From: Candidatus Nanopelagicales bacterium
Lineage (GTDB): Bacteria > Actinomycetota > Actinomycetes > S36-B12
DNA: 61,333 bases
NCBI GenBank assembly: GCA_041689915.1
Contig: JBDNFH010000164.1
Coordinates: 1 to 61,333 of the forward strand
Reading direction: 5' to 3'
In this document: positions 18,117 to 27,195 of the stretch, piece by piece
Layout: each line of letters begins with the position of its first letter
Position numbering within the stretch: position 1 is the stretch's first letter
Notes under the pieces: model-generated
Seen by the model: the letters and a program-made list of their open reading frames with translations, nothing else
Told to the model about the DNA's origin: nothing
Databases searched by the model: none
Translations under genes and position numbers: made by a program

Positions 18117-20602
18117 CCGGACTTCGCGACCACCTCCTCCGACGATTCGACGAGCGCCGCGTGGTCTTCTGGCACGATCCGGAGGGTCAGCACTCCGCCG
18201 AGCTCGACAGCCTGGACCTTCCTGGCGTGACGACTGTTCGAGTCGCCAACGACGAGTACGCCATCAAGAATCGGCTCCTACACGATCGACCCGATGACAA
18301 GTTTCTCGTCTACCGTTGCGGCACCGTGCCCACTGGCATCGGCAACTGGCTGTACGACTTGGAGCTTGCCTACGGCGTGTTCACCGCCGACCGGACTTCC
18401 CTGGTGTCTCAGGATCTCGGCCTGACCGCTGACGGGATCGACGAGGTTGTTCAAGAGCACGAGAAGTTCTTCAACGCCAGTAAGCGCGTCCAGAGCCTCA
18501 AGGCATTGTTGAGGCCCGAGGATGACGCGGCCCGGCTCCGCGCCAAAATGTCCGCCGTCATGCTCAACCAGCGGGAGCACAGCCTGCTGGAGATCACCCG
18601 CACACTGCTTTCCGAGAACGCCAAGGGGCAGCGCACCAAGTACGACACGCTCGCCGACTACGCCCTCGACGACTTCTACTGGCGCGGCGTCGCCTCGATC
18701 TACGGCTACGAGTGCGCCTCGCCGAGCATTGACGACTTCACCCTCTGGATCTTCCGCAAGGCCATCGAAGGCTTCACGTCTGAGCGTCCCGGCGGCCTCC
18801 AGAACATCCAGCTCGACTTCGCGAGTTTGCGCAATGATCGTCGGAGTCAGGATGCCCTCTCGATTCTCGCGAAGCGTGCGTCGGCCGACCTCAACTACAA
18901 GGCGAGCATTGAGGATGCCAGCTTCCGCGATCTCGTCTCAGTCGACCTCTTTGAGGAGACCGACCAGAAGATCACCAGCGACCTTGCCCGAGCGGTCACC
19001 GAGCAGAGCGTCACGGCGCGCGAGGTCGCTGAAGTTGTTCGCGCCCGCCAGAGCAGTGTCTGGATCGATGGCTACCGCCAGCTCTACGCGGCGATTGGCG
19101 CTGCGGCGGAACTACTATCGGCGCTGGTGTCCATCGACTTCACGATGTCCTCGTTCGATGACGCGCTGGATCATTACCGGAACGACTGGTTCCGAATCGA
19201 CCAGCTCTACCGCCAGTTCACCTACGCCCACCGCACGTTCGAGGGACCCCATCCACTCGACCCGCTGCGCGAGCAGGTTGAGAAGCGATACACCAACAAG
19301 TTCGTCTACGAATTGGGCAACGCCTGGCAGGAGAAGGTCGACGAGGCTGACCAGTGGGCGTCGTCGGTGCTTCGCTCCCAGCGGTCGTTCTACGCCGACT
19401 ACATCGCGCGGCTCGTCCGTGACGATAAGAAAGCGGTCGTCATCATTTCCGACGCCCTCCGCTACGAGGTTGCCGAGGAACTGGGCTCACGGATCCGCCA
19501 AGAGGACCGCTTCGACGCCGACCTTGACGCGGTTCTGGGTGTCCTTCCTAGCTACACGCAACTCGGTATGGCGGCCCTGCTCCCGCACCGCACGCTCAAG
19601 CACTCGCTCGACGGGAAGACCGTGCTCGCCGACGACCAGCCGACGAATGGCACCGGCCCAAGAGGCAAGATTCTTGCAACGGTCGGCGGTTCCGCGATCC
19701 AAGCCGAGGACTTCAAGGCGCTAAACCCCGAGGAACGCCGCGAACTCTTCAAGAACAACCGTGTTCTGTACGTCTACCACGACGTCATCGATGCCACCGG
19801 TGACAAGCAGGGAACCGAGCGGCGCGTCTTCGAGGCGGCGGAGCAGGCTCTTGGCGAACTGGTCGACTTGGTGAAGAAGGCCGCGAACGCCAACGCGACC
19901 AACATCTTTATCACGGCCGATCACGGGTTCCTGTTCCAGGACGAGGCTCTGCCCGAACAGTTCTACCTCTCCGTGCAGCCGCAGGGCGACAAGATCTTGG
20001 TGACCAACCGCCGCTACGTCCTCGGACACGGGCTCAAGGTTGACTACGCCTTCACGACGTTCAGTTCAGTGCAGCTCGCGTTGGACAGCGACATCGAGGT
20101 GCAGATCCCCAAGTCGATCCACCGGCTCAAGTTGGCAGGCGGCGGCTCGCGGTTCGTCCATGGGGGAGCGACGCTCCAAGAGGTCGTCGTTCCGGTCCTC
20201 TCGATCAACAAGAAACGCAAGAGCGACACCCGCCTGGTCAACGTCGCGGTGCTACCCGAGTCCGACAAGATCACGACCGGCCAGATTGTCGTGAAGCTCT
20301 TCCAATCCGAGCCCGCGAGCGACAAGGTGCAGCCGCGCACGCTCCGCGCTGGCCTCTACGTCGGCGAGACGCTGATCTCTAACGACCCGCGGCCGGAGCT
20401 GAACTTCGACTCGACCTCGCCAGAGAAGCGGGATCGTTATCAGAGTGTGCAGTTGCTCCTCAACAAGGACTCCACCGACTACAACAACCGCGCCGTCGAG
20501 TTCCGCCTCGAAGAGCGCGTCCCCAACACCAACCACTGGCGCGTCTTTGCCAAGGCGATCTACACACTCAAGCGGTCCTTCGCATCAGACTTCGACTTCT
20601 AA
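18113..20602 (+). CDS. pglZ: BREX alkaline-phosphatase-superfamily protein PglZ
   Basis: 829 aa with VVFWHDPEG at the N-terminus. PglZ-domain strings are VVIISDALRYEVAEELG and FITADHGF. Confidence 0.9.
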   Translation: MTGLRDHLLRRFDERRVVFWHDPEGQHSAELDSLDLPGVTTVRVANDEYAIKNRLLHDRPDDKFLVYRCGTVPTGIGNWLYDLELAYGVFTADRTSLVSQDLGLTADGIDEVVQEHEKFFNASKRVQSLKALLRPEDDAARLRAKMSAVMLNQREHSLLEITRTLLSENAKGQRTKYDTLADYALDDFYWRGVASIYGYECASPSIDDFTLWIFRKAIEGFTSERPGGLQNIQLDFASLRNDRRSQDALSILAKRASADLNYKASIEDASFRDLVSVDLFEETDQKITSDLARAVTEQSVTAREVAEVVRARQSSVWIDGYRQLYAAIGAAAELLSALVSIDFTMSSFDDALDHYRNDWFRIDQLYRQFTYAHRTFEGPHPLDPLREQVEKRYTNKFVYELGNAWQEKVDEADQWASSVLRSQRSFYADYIARLVRDDKKAVVIISDALRYEVAEELGSRIRQEDRFDADLDAVLGVLPSYTQLGMAALLPHRTLKHSLDGKTVLADDQPTNGTGPRGKILATVGGSAIQAEDFKALNPEERRELFKNNRVLYVYHDVIDATGDKQGTERRVFEAAEQALGELVDLVKKAANANATNIFITADHGFLFQDEALPEQFYLSVQPQGDKILVTNRRYVLGHGLKVDYAFTTFSSVQLALDSDIEVQIPKSIHRLKLAGGGSRFVHGGATLQEVVVPVLSINKKRKSDTRLVNVAVLPESDKITTGQIVVKLFQSEPASDKVQPRTLRAGLYVGETLISNDPRPELNFDSTSPEKRDRYQSVQLLLNKDSTDYNNRAVEFRLEERVPNTNHWRVFAKAIYTLKRSFASDFDF

Positions 20603-20608
20603 GGCGGC

Positions 20609-22768
20609 ATGATGACCGAAGACACTGATCAGCCCGTGATCGACGACGACTTCCCCGAAGACGTCGCCGACGAGAGCACGACCAACCAGACACCCGAGCA
20701 GTCCGCCCTCGACATAAAAATCAACCAGCACTTCGCCGGAGTCGTCGTCCGCAAGGACCTGGTCAAGGCGGTCAAGGGCAACGCCATCGTTCCGTCGTAC
20801 GTCCTGGAGTACCTGCTCGGCCAGTACGCAGCGTCGGACGACGAGGCGACGATCCAGGCCGGCATCGGAACAGTTCGCCAGATTCTCTCCGACCATTACG
20901 TACACCGGAATCAGTCCGAGTTGGTGAAGTCGACCATCCGCGAGCGCGGGCGCTACAAGATCATCGACAGGGTTGCCGTCACCCTCAATGACAAGGACGA
21001 TGTTTACGAGGCTGAGTTCGCCAACCTCGGAATCAAGGGCGTCCTCGTCGAGCCAGCGACAATCACCGCCCACCCCAAACTCCTGGTTGGCGGTGTTTGG
21101 TGCATCTGCGATATCGAGTACTTCCATAGTGACAACGCCCGGGATGTTCCATGGATTCTCGGTTCGATCAAGCCGATCCAGCTGTCCAACTTCGATCTCG
21201 AGGGCTACCTCGCTGCCCGCCGGGAGTTCCCCACCGATGACTGGATCGACCTTCTGATCCAGTCGATCGGCTTCAACCCGGCCCTGTTCGGGCGTCGAGC
21301 GAAGCTCATCCAGCTTGTCCGGCTCATTCCGTTCGCCGAGCGCAACTACAACCTCGTGGAACTCGGCCCAAAGGGCACCGGCAAGTCACACATCTTCTCG
21401 GAGTTCTCACCCCACGGCATGCTGATCTCCGGTGGCGAAGTCACCGTTGCGAAGCTGTTCGTGAACAACTCCAACGGCCGTCTCGGCCTGGTCGGCTATT
21501 GGGACGTCGTGGCATTCGACGAGTTTGCCGGTCAGAAGAAGCGCACGGACAAGGCGCTGGTCGACATCATGAAGAACTACATGGCGAACAAGTCGTTCTC
21601 ACGTGGCGTCGAGACCCTTGGGGCCGAGGCGTCGATGGTTTTCGTTGGCAACACGTCCCACAACGTGCCGTATATGCTCAAGCACTCAGACCTGTTCGAT
21701 GAACTGCCAGAGAGCTACCACGATTCGGCGTTCCTCGATCGCCTGCACCACTACATCCCTGGCTGGGAGGTCGACACGATCCGGGGAGAGATGTTCTCTG
21801 ACGGCTACGGCTTCGTCGTTGACTACATCGCTGAGGTCCTCAAGTCGATGCGGGACGCCGACTATTCCGACCGCTACCAGCAGTACTTCACGCTCGGGTC
21901 GGATATCTCGACCCGCGACCGCGATGGCATCCACAAGACGTTCTCGGGCTTGATGAAGATCATCTATCCGCACGGAGAAGCGACCCAGGAGGAGATCCAG
22001 GAGATCCTCAGTTTCGCGATTGAGGGCCGCAAGCGCGTCAAGGACCAGATCCTGCGCATCGACTCGACTATGACGGACGTGAAGTTCGGCTACCTCGACA
22101 ACGCGGGCGAGTGGCACGGCGTCACGACCCTGGAAGAGGACGAGTACCCAAGGTATTACCGCCAGACGCGTCACGAGGATGCGGAGGACGCTGATAGCGA
22201 AGGAGTCGAAGCGGACGTCCCCGATGGCGGCGGCACCGAGTCTGAGCAAACGCCGGTACCAACGCTCTTCGAGGGGCATCGTGAGTATCAAGAGAACCAA
22301 CGGGGTGTGGCCTACGAGTCGTTGCTGATCCCTTACCTCAGGGGCGCAACCGAGATCACCATCACGGACCCCTACATCCGGCAGTTCCACCAAGCGCGAA
22401 ACCTGATGGAACTAATCGAGGGCATCGCCGCAATAAAAGACGCTGCCGACGAGGTGGCCGTCAAGCTCATCACCTCCGAGAACCCAGACGGCGTGGACAA
22501 GGTCCGAAAGCAGTTGGAGAACTTGATCAAGGTCCAGAAGGGTGCTGAAGCTGCCGGGATCAAGTTCGATGTCATCCTCGACAACACGATCCACGACCGC
22601 TCGATCGTTACCGATACCGGCTGGAAGATTCTTCTCGGTCGTGGCCTGGACATCTTCCAATTTGTATCTGGCGATGCGTTCGACCTCGCGACCAGGCTCC
22701 AGGAGTACCGCCAGGTCAAGGCATTCGGCGTGACCTACATCCGCGAGGGCGAAGGGACAGGTCGGTGA
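20609..22768 (+). CDS. brxL: BrxL-family AAA+ protein; C-terminal Lon-like domain replaced by an MIT_C-type PLD-fold domain
   Basis: The N-terminal ~515 aa carry BrxL strings: INQHFAGVVVRKDL, VPSYVLEYLLGQY, YEAEFANLGIK, Walker A GPKGTGKS at 21365-21388, WDVVAFDE and FLDRLHHYIPGWE. The last ~150 aa (from 22304) read YESLLIPYL..TDPYIRQFHQARN...IHDRSIVTDTGWKILLGRGLDIF. Confidence 0.85.
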   Translation: MMTEDTDQPVIDDDFPEDVADESTTNQTPEQSALDIKINQHFAGVVVRKDLVKAVKGNAIVPSYVLEYLLGQYAASDDEATIQAGIGTVRQILSDHYVHRNQSELVKSTIRERGRYKIIDRVAVTLNDKDDVYEAEFANLGIKGVLVEPATITAHPKLLVGGVWCICDIEYFHSDNARDVPWILGSIKPIQLSNFDLEGYLAARREFPTDDWIDLLIQSIGFNPALFGRRAKLIQLVRLIPFAERNYNLVELGPKGTGKSHIFSEFSPHGMLISGGEVTVAKLFVNNSNGRLGLVGYWDVVAFDEFAGQKKRTDKALVDIMKNYMANKSFSRGVETLGAEASMVFVGNTSHNVPYMLKHSDLFDELPESYHDSAFLDRLHHYIPGWEVDTIRGEMFSDGYGFVVDYIAEVLKSMRDADYSDRYQQYFTLGSDISTRDRDGIHKTFSGLMKIIYPHGEATQEEIQEILSFAIEGRKRVKDQILRIDSTMTDVKFGYLDNAGEWHGVTTLEEDEYPRYYRQTRHEDAEDADSEGVEADVPDGGGTESEQTPVPTLFEGHREYQENQRGVAYESLLIPYLRGATEITITDPYIRQFHQARNLMELIEGIAAIKDAADEVAVKLITSENPDGVDKVRKQLENLIKVQKGAEAAGIKFDVILDNTIHDRSIVTDTGWKILLGRGLDIFQFVSGDAFDLATRLQEYRQVKAFGVTYIREGEGTGR

Positions 22769-23114
22769 GCTTGGGAAAGTATTGTCGGAAAAGTCTGTTG
22801 GTGTTCTCGTTGCTTCCTGGTTGCCAGGGACTTGCAGGGTCGCAGAAGTACACCTTGACACCGATATCACGTGTGACGTCGAGGTGGCTGGCCATTTCGG
22901 TTCCTTGGTCCCAGGTCAAGGACTTGCGCAATTCTTGCGGTAGTTGTCCAAGGCCAGCAACCAGAGCGGCGTGCAGTGTCTGCGAATCGCGCCTCGCGAG
23001 ATGGAGTAATTTCACTTTGCGTGTTTGCCGATTGAAGAGTGTTCCAATCGCGGAGTGGTTCTGTTTCCCAACGATTAAGTCGCCTTCTTTACTATTTAGC
23101 CAGGGTGAGTTCAT
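22760..23114 (-). pseudogene. IS30-family transposase remnant (DDE core only, truncated at both ends)
   Basis: EGDLIVGK...SLTWDQGTEMA...VYFCDPASPWQPGSNENTNRLFRQYFPKLTDLS. Family similarity stops at TDLS, which coincides with the brxL stop (22766-22768). More degenerate, frame-broken similarity is possible up to about 23250. Confidence 0.7.
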
Positions 23115-23271
23115 GGCTGTTATGGTGTCGTGATCATCTCAGGTGATCACCACACCTTGATTTGGAATTCAGATCTCGGACTTCAGGTTGTGCCCGGAGT
23201 CGACTCGCAGGGACTGCTCACCGATTTTCCTCGAAAGGTAACCCAAAAGTCCGTTATCTCTACCTGCCTAC

Positions 23272-25344
23272 CTATCTCTGCACTGTCAGAACGTAGGTTG
23301 ATCGTGGCTGGCACACGAGTACTTCACCAGCTTCATGTAGGTGTTCAACAGGTTGCCCATTGGTTGCGTAGGTGTCCAGAATTGCGACATACGATTTCGC
23401 ATACGGCAATGCAGGGAGCGTGAAATTCGCGGGATCGCTACCCGTATGGAAAATGGCGAAGATACTTTCTTCACTTTCATCAGTTGGTGTCAGAAACATT
23501 CCGATTGATGTGTGCTCACCGTGATGCCAGTCCGTGATTTCTAGGGCATCTGGCCCAAACCAGGCGAGATCTTTAGGCCCCCCCGCGTGGTTGGGCTCAC
23601 CAGAGTAGAAATCAAGTGGGCGCAGCATGGGGTGTGAACGACGAATGTGCGCCATGGTTGCAACGAAGTCAATCAGGTCCCAGTCAGGTTGATTGAGATC
23701 CCAGTTAACCCAGGAGTAGGTATTGTCTTGACAGTAGACGTTGTTGTTCCCTCTCTGTGTTTTATGCAGTTCATCCCCTGAAGTGATCATGGGGACTCCA
23801 CCGGAGAGAAATAAAGTCGCGAGGAAATTTCGCACCATTCGATTCCGAGTCTGAACAATTGTTGTTTCCTCGCTGTGACCCTCGACGCCAAAATTGTATG
23901 AACGATTGTTGTCGGTGCCATCGCGATTTTCTTCCAGGTTGGCTTCATTGTGTTTTTCGTTGAAGCTGACTAAATCAAGCAGGGTGAAACCGTCATGGGC
24001 AGTAATGAAATTAATGGATGAATATGGATCGGTACCGTCACCTCCATAGAGATCTTGGGATCCGGAAAGCCGCCAGCCGATTCCGGCTATTCCGCCTGCA
24101 CCTCGCCAGAAATCCCTGACGTCATCGCGGTACTTGTCATTCCACTCGCTCCAGAGTGGCGGGAATGACCCCAATTGGTAGCCACCTGGGCCGACATCCC
24201 ATGGTTCGGCAATGAGTTTTGAGCGCCGTAAAACGGGATCCTGAGAGATCGTGGTCAAGAAATTCCCGAGCATGTCGACTTCATGAAACGAACGCGCCAA
24301 GGTTGACGCGAGGTCGAATCGAAAACCGTCCACATGCATTTCGCTCACCCAGTAGCGCAGTGAGTCCATGATCAATTGAAGTGCCTGCGGTTGTGCTGCG
24401 TTAATCGTGTTGCCGCAGCCGGCGAAATTGACGTAGTCGCCCGTGTCTGTGAGTCGGTAAAAATCCTTGTTGTTAATGCCTTTGAACGACAGGCTTGGGC
24501 CCAGAGCGCCACCCTCAGCCGTGTGGTTGTACACGACGTCAAGAATTACTTCAATATCTGCGCGGTGTAGTTCCTTTACCATGTATTTAAAGTCGTCTAT
24601 TTGATTTCCAGGTGTGCTGGCATAGCCGGCATGTGGAGCAAAAAATCCGATCGTGTTGTATCCCCAATAATTGGAAAGTCCGGTATCCATTACGTGGGTT
24701 TCAGTGACGAAATGATGAACGGGCAAAAGTTCAATTGCAGAGACCCCAATGTGAACTAGGTGGTCAATTACTTCCTTGCAGGCAATCCCCCTAAATGTTC
24801 CTCGATCCTGCTCAGGCACAGATGGATGCAAATAGGTGAGCCCCTTAACGTGGGCTTCGTAAATACAGGTTTCGTTCCAAGGGCGTTCGAGGGGTTTGTC
24901 CCCCTCCCAGTCAAAGTCGGATACAACGGTGAGGCCGTGCGGCACAAAATCTCGGCTGTCCAGGATCGACATGGATGACGGGTCGTCGATCGCGTAGTCA
25001 AAAATTGCGGGGTCATTGCGAAGTTCGCCTGTGATCGAAAGTGCATAGGGATCAAGGAGAAATTTATTAGCGTTAAAGCGCATTCCATTGCTCGGATCCC
25101 AAGGTCCGTGAACCCGAAAGCCATAACGCGTCCCTGGACCAATGCCAGGAACGATTGAGTAGTGCACGTTTTGTACACGATGTTCAAGTTCGTGCCTGGT
25201 TTCGGTAAAGCCTTGTGTTTCGTCACCACTTACGACACAGAATTCCACTTTGTCAGCGTGAGGGGCCCAGAGGGAAACCTTTGCGCTGCCATCTTCGAGA
25301 AGGGTGACTCCGAAAGGATCCCAGTGTCCAACTTTGGTGCGCAC
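23272..25344 (-). CDS. glgX: glycogen debranching enzyme
   Basis: GH13 motifs VILDVVYNHT, DGFRFDLAS, LIAEPWD and FITAHDGFTL. GTG start. Confidence 0.95.
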   Translation of the reverse strand: MRTKVGHWDPFGVTLLEDGSAKVSLWAPHADKVEFCVVSGDETQGFTETRHELEHRVQNVHYSIVPGIGPGTRYGFRVHGPWDPSNGMRFNANKFLLDPYALSITGELRNDPAIFDYAIDDPSSMSILDSRDFVPHGLTVVSDFDWEGDKPLERPWNETCIYEAHVKGLTYLHPSVPEQDRGTFRGIACKEVIDHLVHIGVSAIELLPVHHFVTETHVMDTGLSNYWGYNTIGFFAPHAGYASTPGNQIDDFKYMVKELHRADIEVILDVVYNHTAEGGALGPSLSFKGINNKDFYRLTDTGDYVNFAGCGNTINAAQPQALQLIMDSLRYWVSEMHVDGFRFDLASTLARSFHEVDMLGNFLTTISQDPVLRRSKLIAEPWDVGPGGYQLGSFPPLWSEWNDKYRDDVRDFWRGAGGIAGIGWRLSGSQDLYGGDGTDPYSSINFITAHDGFTLLDLVSFNEKHNEANLEENRDGTDNNRSYNFGVEGHSEETTIVQTRNRMVRNFLATLFLSGGVPMITSGDELHKTQRGNNNVYCQDNTYSWVNWDLNQPDWDLIDFVATMAHIRRSHPMLRPLDFYSGEPNHAGGPKDLAWFGPDALEITDWHHGEHTSIGMFLTPTDESEESIFAIFHTGSDPANFTLPALPYAKSYVAILDTYATNGQPVEHLHEAGEVLVCQPRSTYVLTVQR

Positions 25345-25414
25345 TGACCAAACCTACCGTGGCGGGAAATATTGCAGCTGATTGTCCGTTCGACATTTGA
25401 GTAGGATCAACCAT

Positions 25415-26239
25415 ATGAGTACAGACGCAAATGTCAATTCCGTCCGTGAAGAGCTGTTTTCGCGGGAATTTATTCAGGTGGAATCACAAGGGAATATTGC
25501 AATTATTAACCTGCGAAGGCCACCAATGAACGCGTTTAATTTACAAATGCAGCGCGAGATCGCCGAGGCAGCAACATTTGTCTCCAGCCGAGTTGGCATA
25601 GATGCTGTAGTTCTCTACGGTGGAGAAAAAGTGTTCGCCGCCGGGGCGGACGTGAAAGAAATGGCAAATATGACATACGCGGACATGACTATTGCGGCCC
25701 TTGGCCTGCAAAGCGCATTCGACACGGTGGCCAAGATTTCACAGCCCACGATTGCCGCCATTACCGGTTTTGCATTGGGTGGGGGGTTGGAACTTGCTAT
25801 GTGCGCGGACTTTCGAGTCGCTGGTGACAACGCCAAACTTGGCCAGCCTGAAATCATGCTCGGAATCATTCCGGGAGCAGGCGGAACGCAGCGGTTGCCT
25901 AGGCTTGTCGGTCAATCCAGAGCGAAGGAATTGATTTTTGGTGGTCACATGATCACGGCCGAGCAAGCCTTGAACATGGGGTTGGTCAATCAGATTGCCC
26001 CGCCGGCGCAGGTACTTGAGGCCGCGCTTGTTTGGGCCAATAAATTCTCCGACGGTCCCAAGCTTGCTCTTGCAGCGGCCAAACGCGCGATTGATAACGG
26101 TGCAAATGTGGACCTGCGAACTGGGCTTTCAATTGAGAGTACGGAATTTGCCGCACTTTTTGCGACCGATGATCAAAAAACTGGCATGAATTCATTTGTG
26201 AATGAAGGCCCAGGTAAAGCAAGTTTTATAGGTCGATAG
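25415..26239 (+). CDS. enoyl-CoA hydratase/isomerase (crotonase family)
   Basis: FAAGADVKEM and AAITGFALGGGLELAMCAD motifs. ATG 25415 is preferred over the TTG at 25382. Confidence 0.85.
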   Translation: MSTDANVNSVREELFSREFIQVESQGNIAIINLRRPPMNAFNLQMQREIAEAATFVSSRVGIDAVVLYGGEKVFAAGADVKEMANMTYADMTIAALGLQSAFDTVAKISQPTIAAITGFALGGGLELAMCADFRVAGDNAKLGQPEIMLGIIPGAGGTQRLPRLVGQSRAKELIFGGHMITAEQALNMGLVNQIAPPAQVLEAALVWANKFSDGPKLALAAAKRAIDNGANVDLRTGLSIESTEFAALFATDDQKTGMNSFVNEGPGKASFIGR

Positions 26240-27183
26240 TGGGCATTTCACAAGAGCAATTTGACTTGGCAAAGTCCGATCCAAAACTTGCAAACATTGT
26301 TTACCATGATTGGGAATCAAAATCCTACGACGACAAGTGGTCGATTTCCTATGACCAGAGGTGTGTGGACTACGCACGCAATTGCTTCGATCATGTAGTG
26401 CCAACTGCCCTTCACAGTGCTGACTTAGCACATGCAACCGTTGTTGAACTAGGGTCAGGGACCGGGTTTTTTTTGCTCAACCTGATGCAATCAGGCATTG
26501 GCAGGACTGGAATTCTCACGGATCTCAGTTCGGGAATGATCACGGTAGCTGTACAAAATGGCAAGAAATTGAATCTAGATGTCACAGGTCTCGTTGCTGA
26601 TGCTGAGCTACTGCCATTTGCCGATTCAAGTGTTGACCTGGTGGTGGGCCATGCTGTTCTGCACCATGTGCCAGATCTCGACGCACTTTTCACCGAAGTG
26701 AACCGGGTGTTGCGCCCCGGTGGTCGATTTGTGTTTTGTGGTGAACCGACCCAAAAGGGTGATGTAGTTGCTCGCGCGCTTTCACGCCTGACCTGGTGGA
26801 CGAGTACGAGAGTCACCAAGCTGCCGCCTCTGGCCGGTAAATGGGCCCGCCCAGAACATGAACTAACTGCTTCATCGCGTGAAGCGGCATTGGAATCCGT
26901 GGTGGACATTCATACTTTTGACCCTGATCAATTGGCCCGAATAGCACTGCGTAATGGCTGTGTTGATGTGAGTACCGTCACGGAAGAACTGACTGCTTCT
27001 TGGTTTGGGTGGCCGGTGCGAACATTCGAGAGTTCGGTGAAGTCTGACGCATTGGGTTGGGGTTGGGCCAATTTTGCTTATGGAACGTGGAAGAGGCTTG
27101 AAAGCTTGGATCGCAATCTGTTATCAAAGGTTGTTCCGGACGAGTTTTTCTACAACGTGTGCATTACCGGTGTATCGCCTTAA
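26239..27183 (+). CDS. class I SAM-dependent methyltransferase
   Basis: Motif I VVELGSGTGFF, followed by LRPGGRFVF. GTG start. Confidence 0.8.
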   Translation: MGISQEQFDLAKSDPKLANIVYHDWESKSYDDKWSISYDQRCVDYARNCFDHVVPTALHSADLAHATVVELGSGTGFFLLNLMQSGIGRTGILTDLSSGMITVAVQNGKKLNLDVTGLVADAELLPFADSSVDLVVGHAVLHHVPDLDALFTEVNRVLRPGGRFVFCGEPTQKGDVVARALSRLTWWTSTRVTKLPPLAGKWARPEHELTASSREAALESVVDIHTFDPDQLARIALRNGCVDVSTVTEELTASWFGWPVRTFESSVKSDALGWGWANFAYGTWKRLESLDRNLLSKVVPDEFFYNVCITGVSP

Positions 27184-27195
27184 CCGGAGGAACAC

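Larger units (their letters stand above)
8934..22768 (+). other. type 1 BREX operon brxA-brxB-brxC-pglX-(rhuM-like)-pglZ-brxL
   Basis: The canonical type 1 gene order and sizes are present. Junctions are GTGA (9542-9545), GTGA (10144-10147), a 16-nt gap, an 8-nt overlap (17112-17119), GTGA (18113-18116) and a 6-nt gap. Confidence 0.9.
8047..23250. mobile_element. horizontally acquired high-GC defence island (HTH gene plus BREX operon) bounded by two IS remnants
   Basis: GC steps up abruptly at about 8050. Island sample windows give 62-73% against about 40-55% in most flanking windows. All-frame spurious ORFs, typical of high GC, are dense only here. There are transposase fragments at both edges. 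The island splits the glgE/glgB and glgX alpha-glucan genes. Confidence 0.75.

Noticed and set aside
23130-23423. 97-aa plus-strand ORF spanning the IS30 remnant / glgX junction.
   Set aside because: Its 3' half is antisense to the glgX C-terminus and its 5' half lies in degenerate IS30 debris. No motifs and no RBS.
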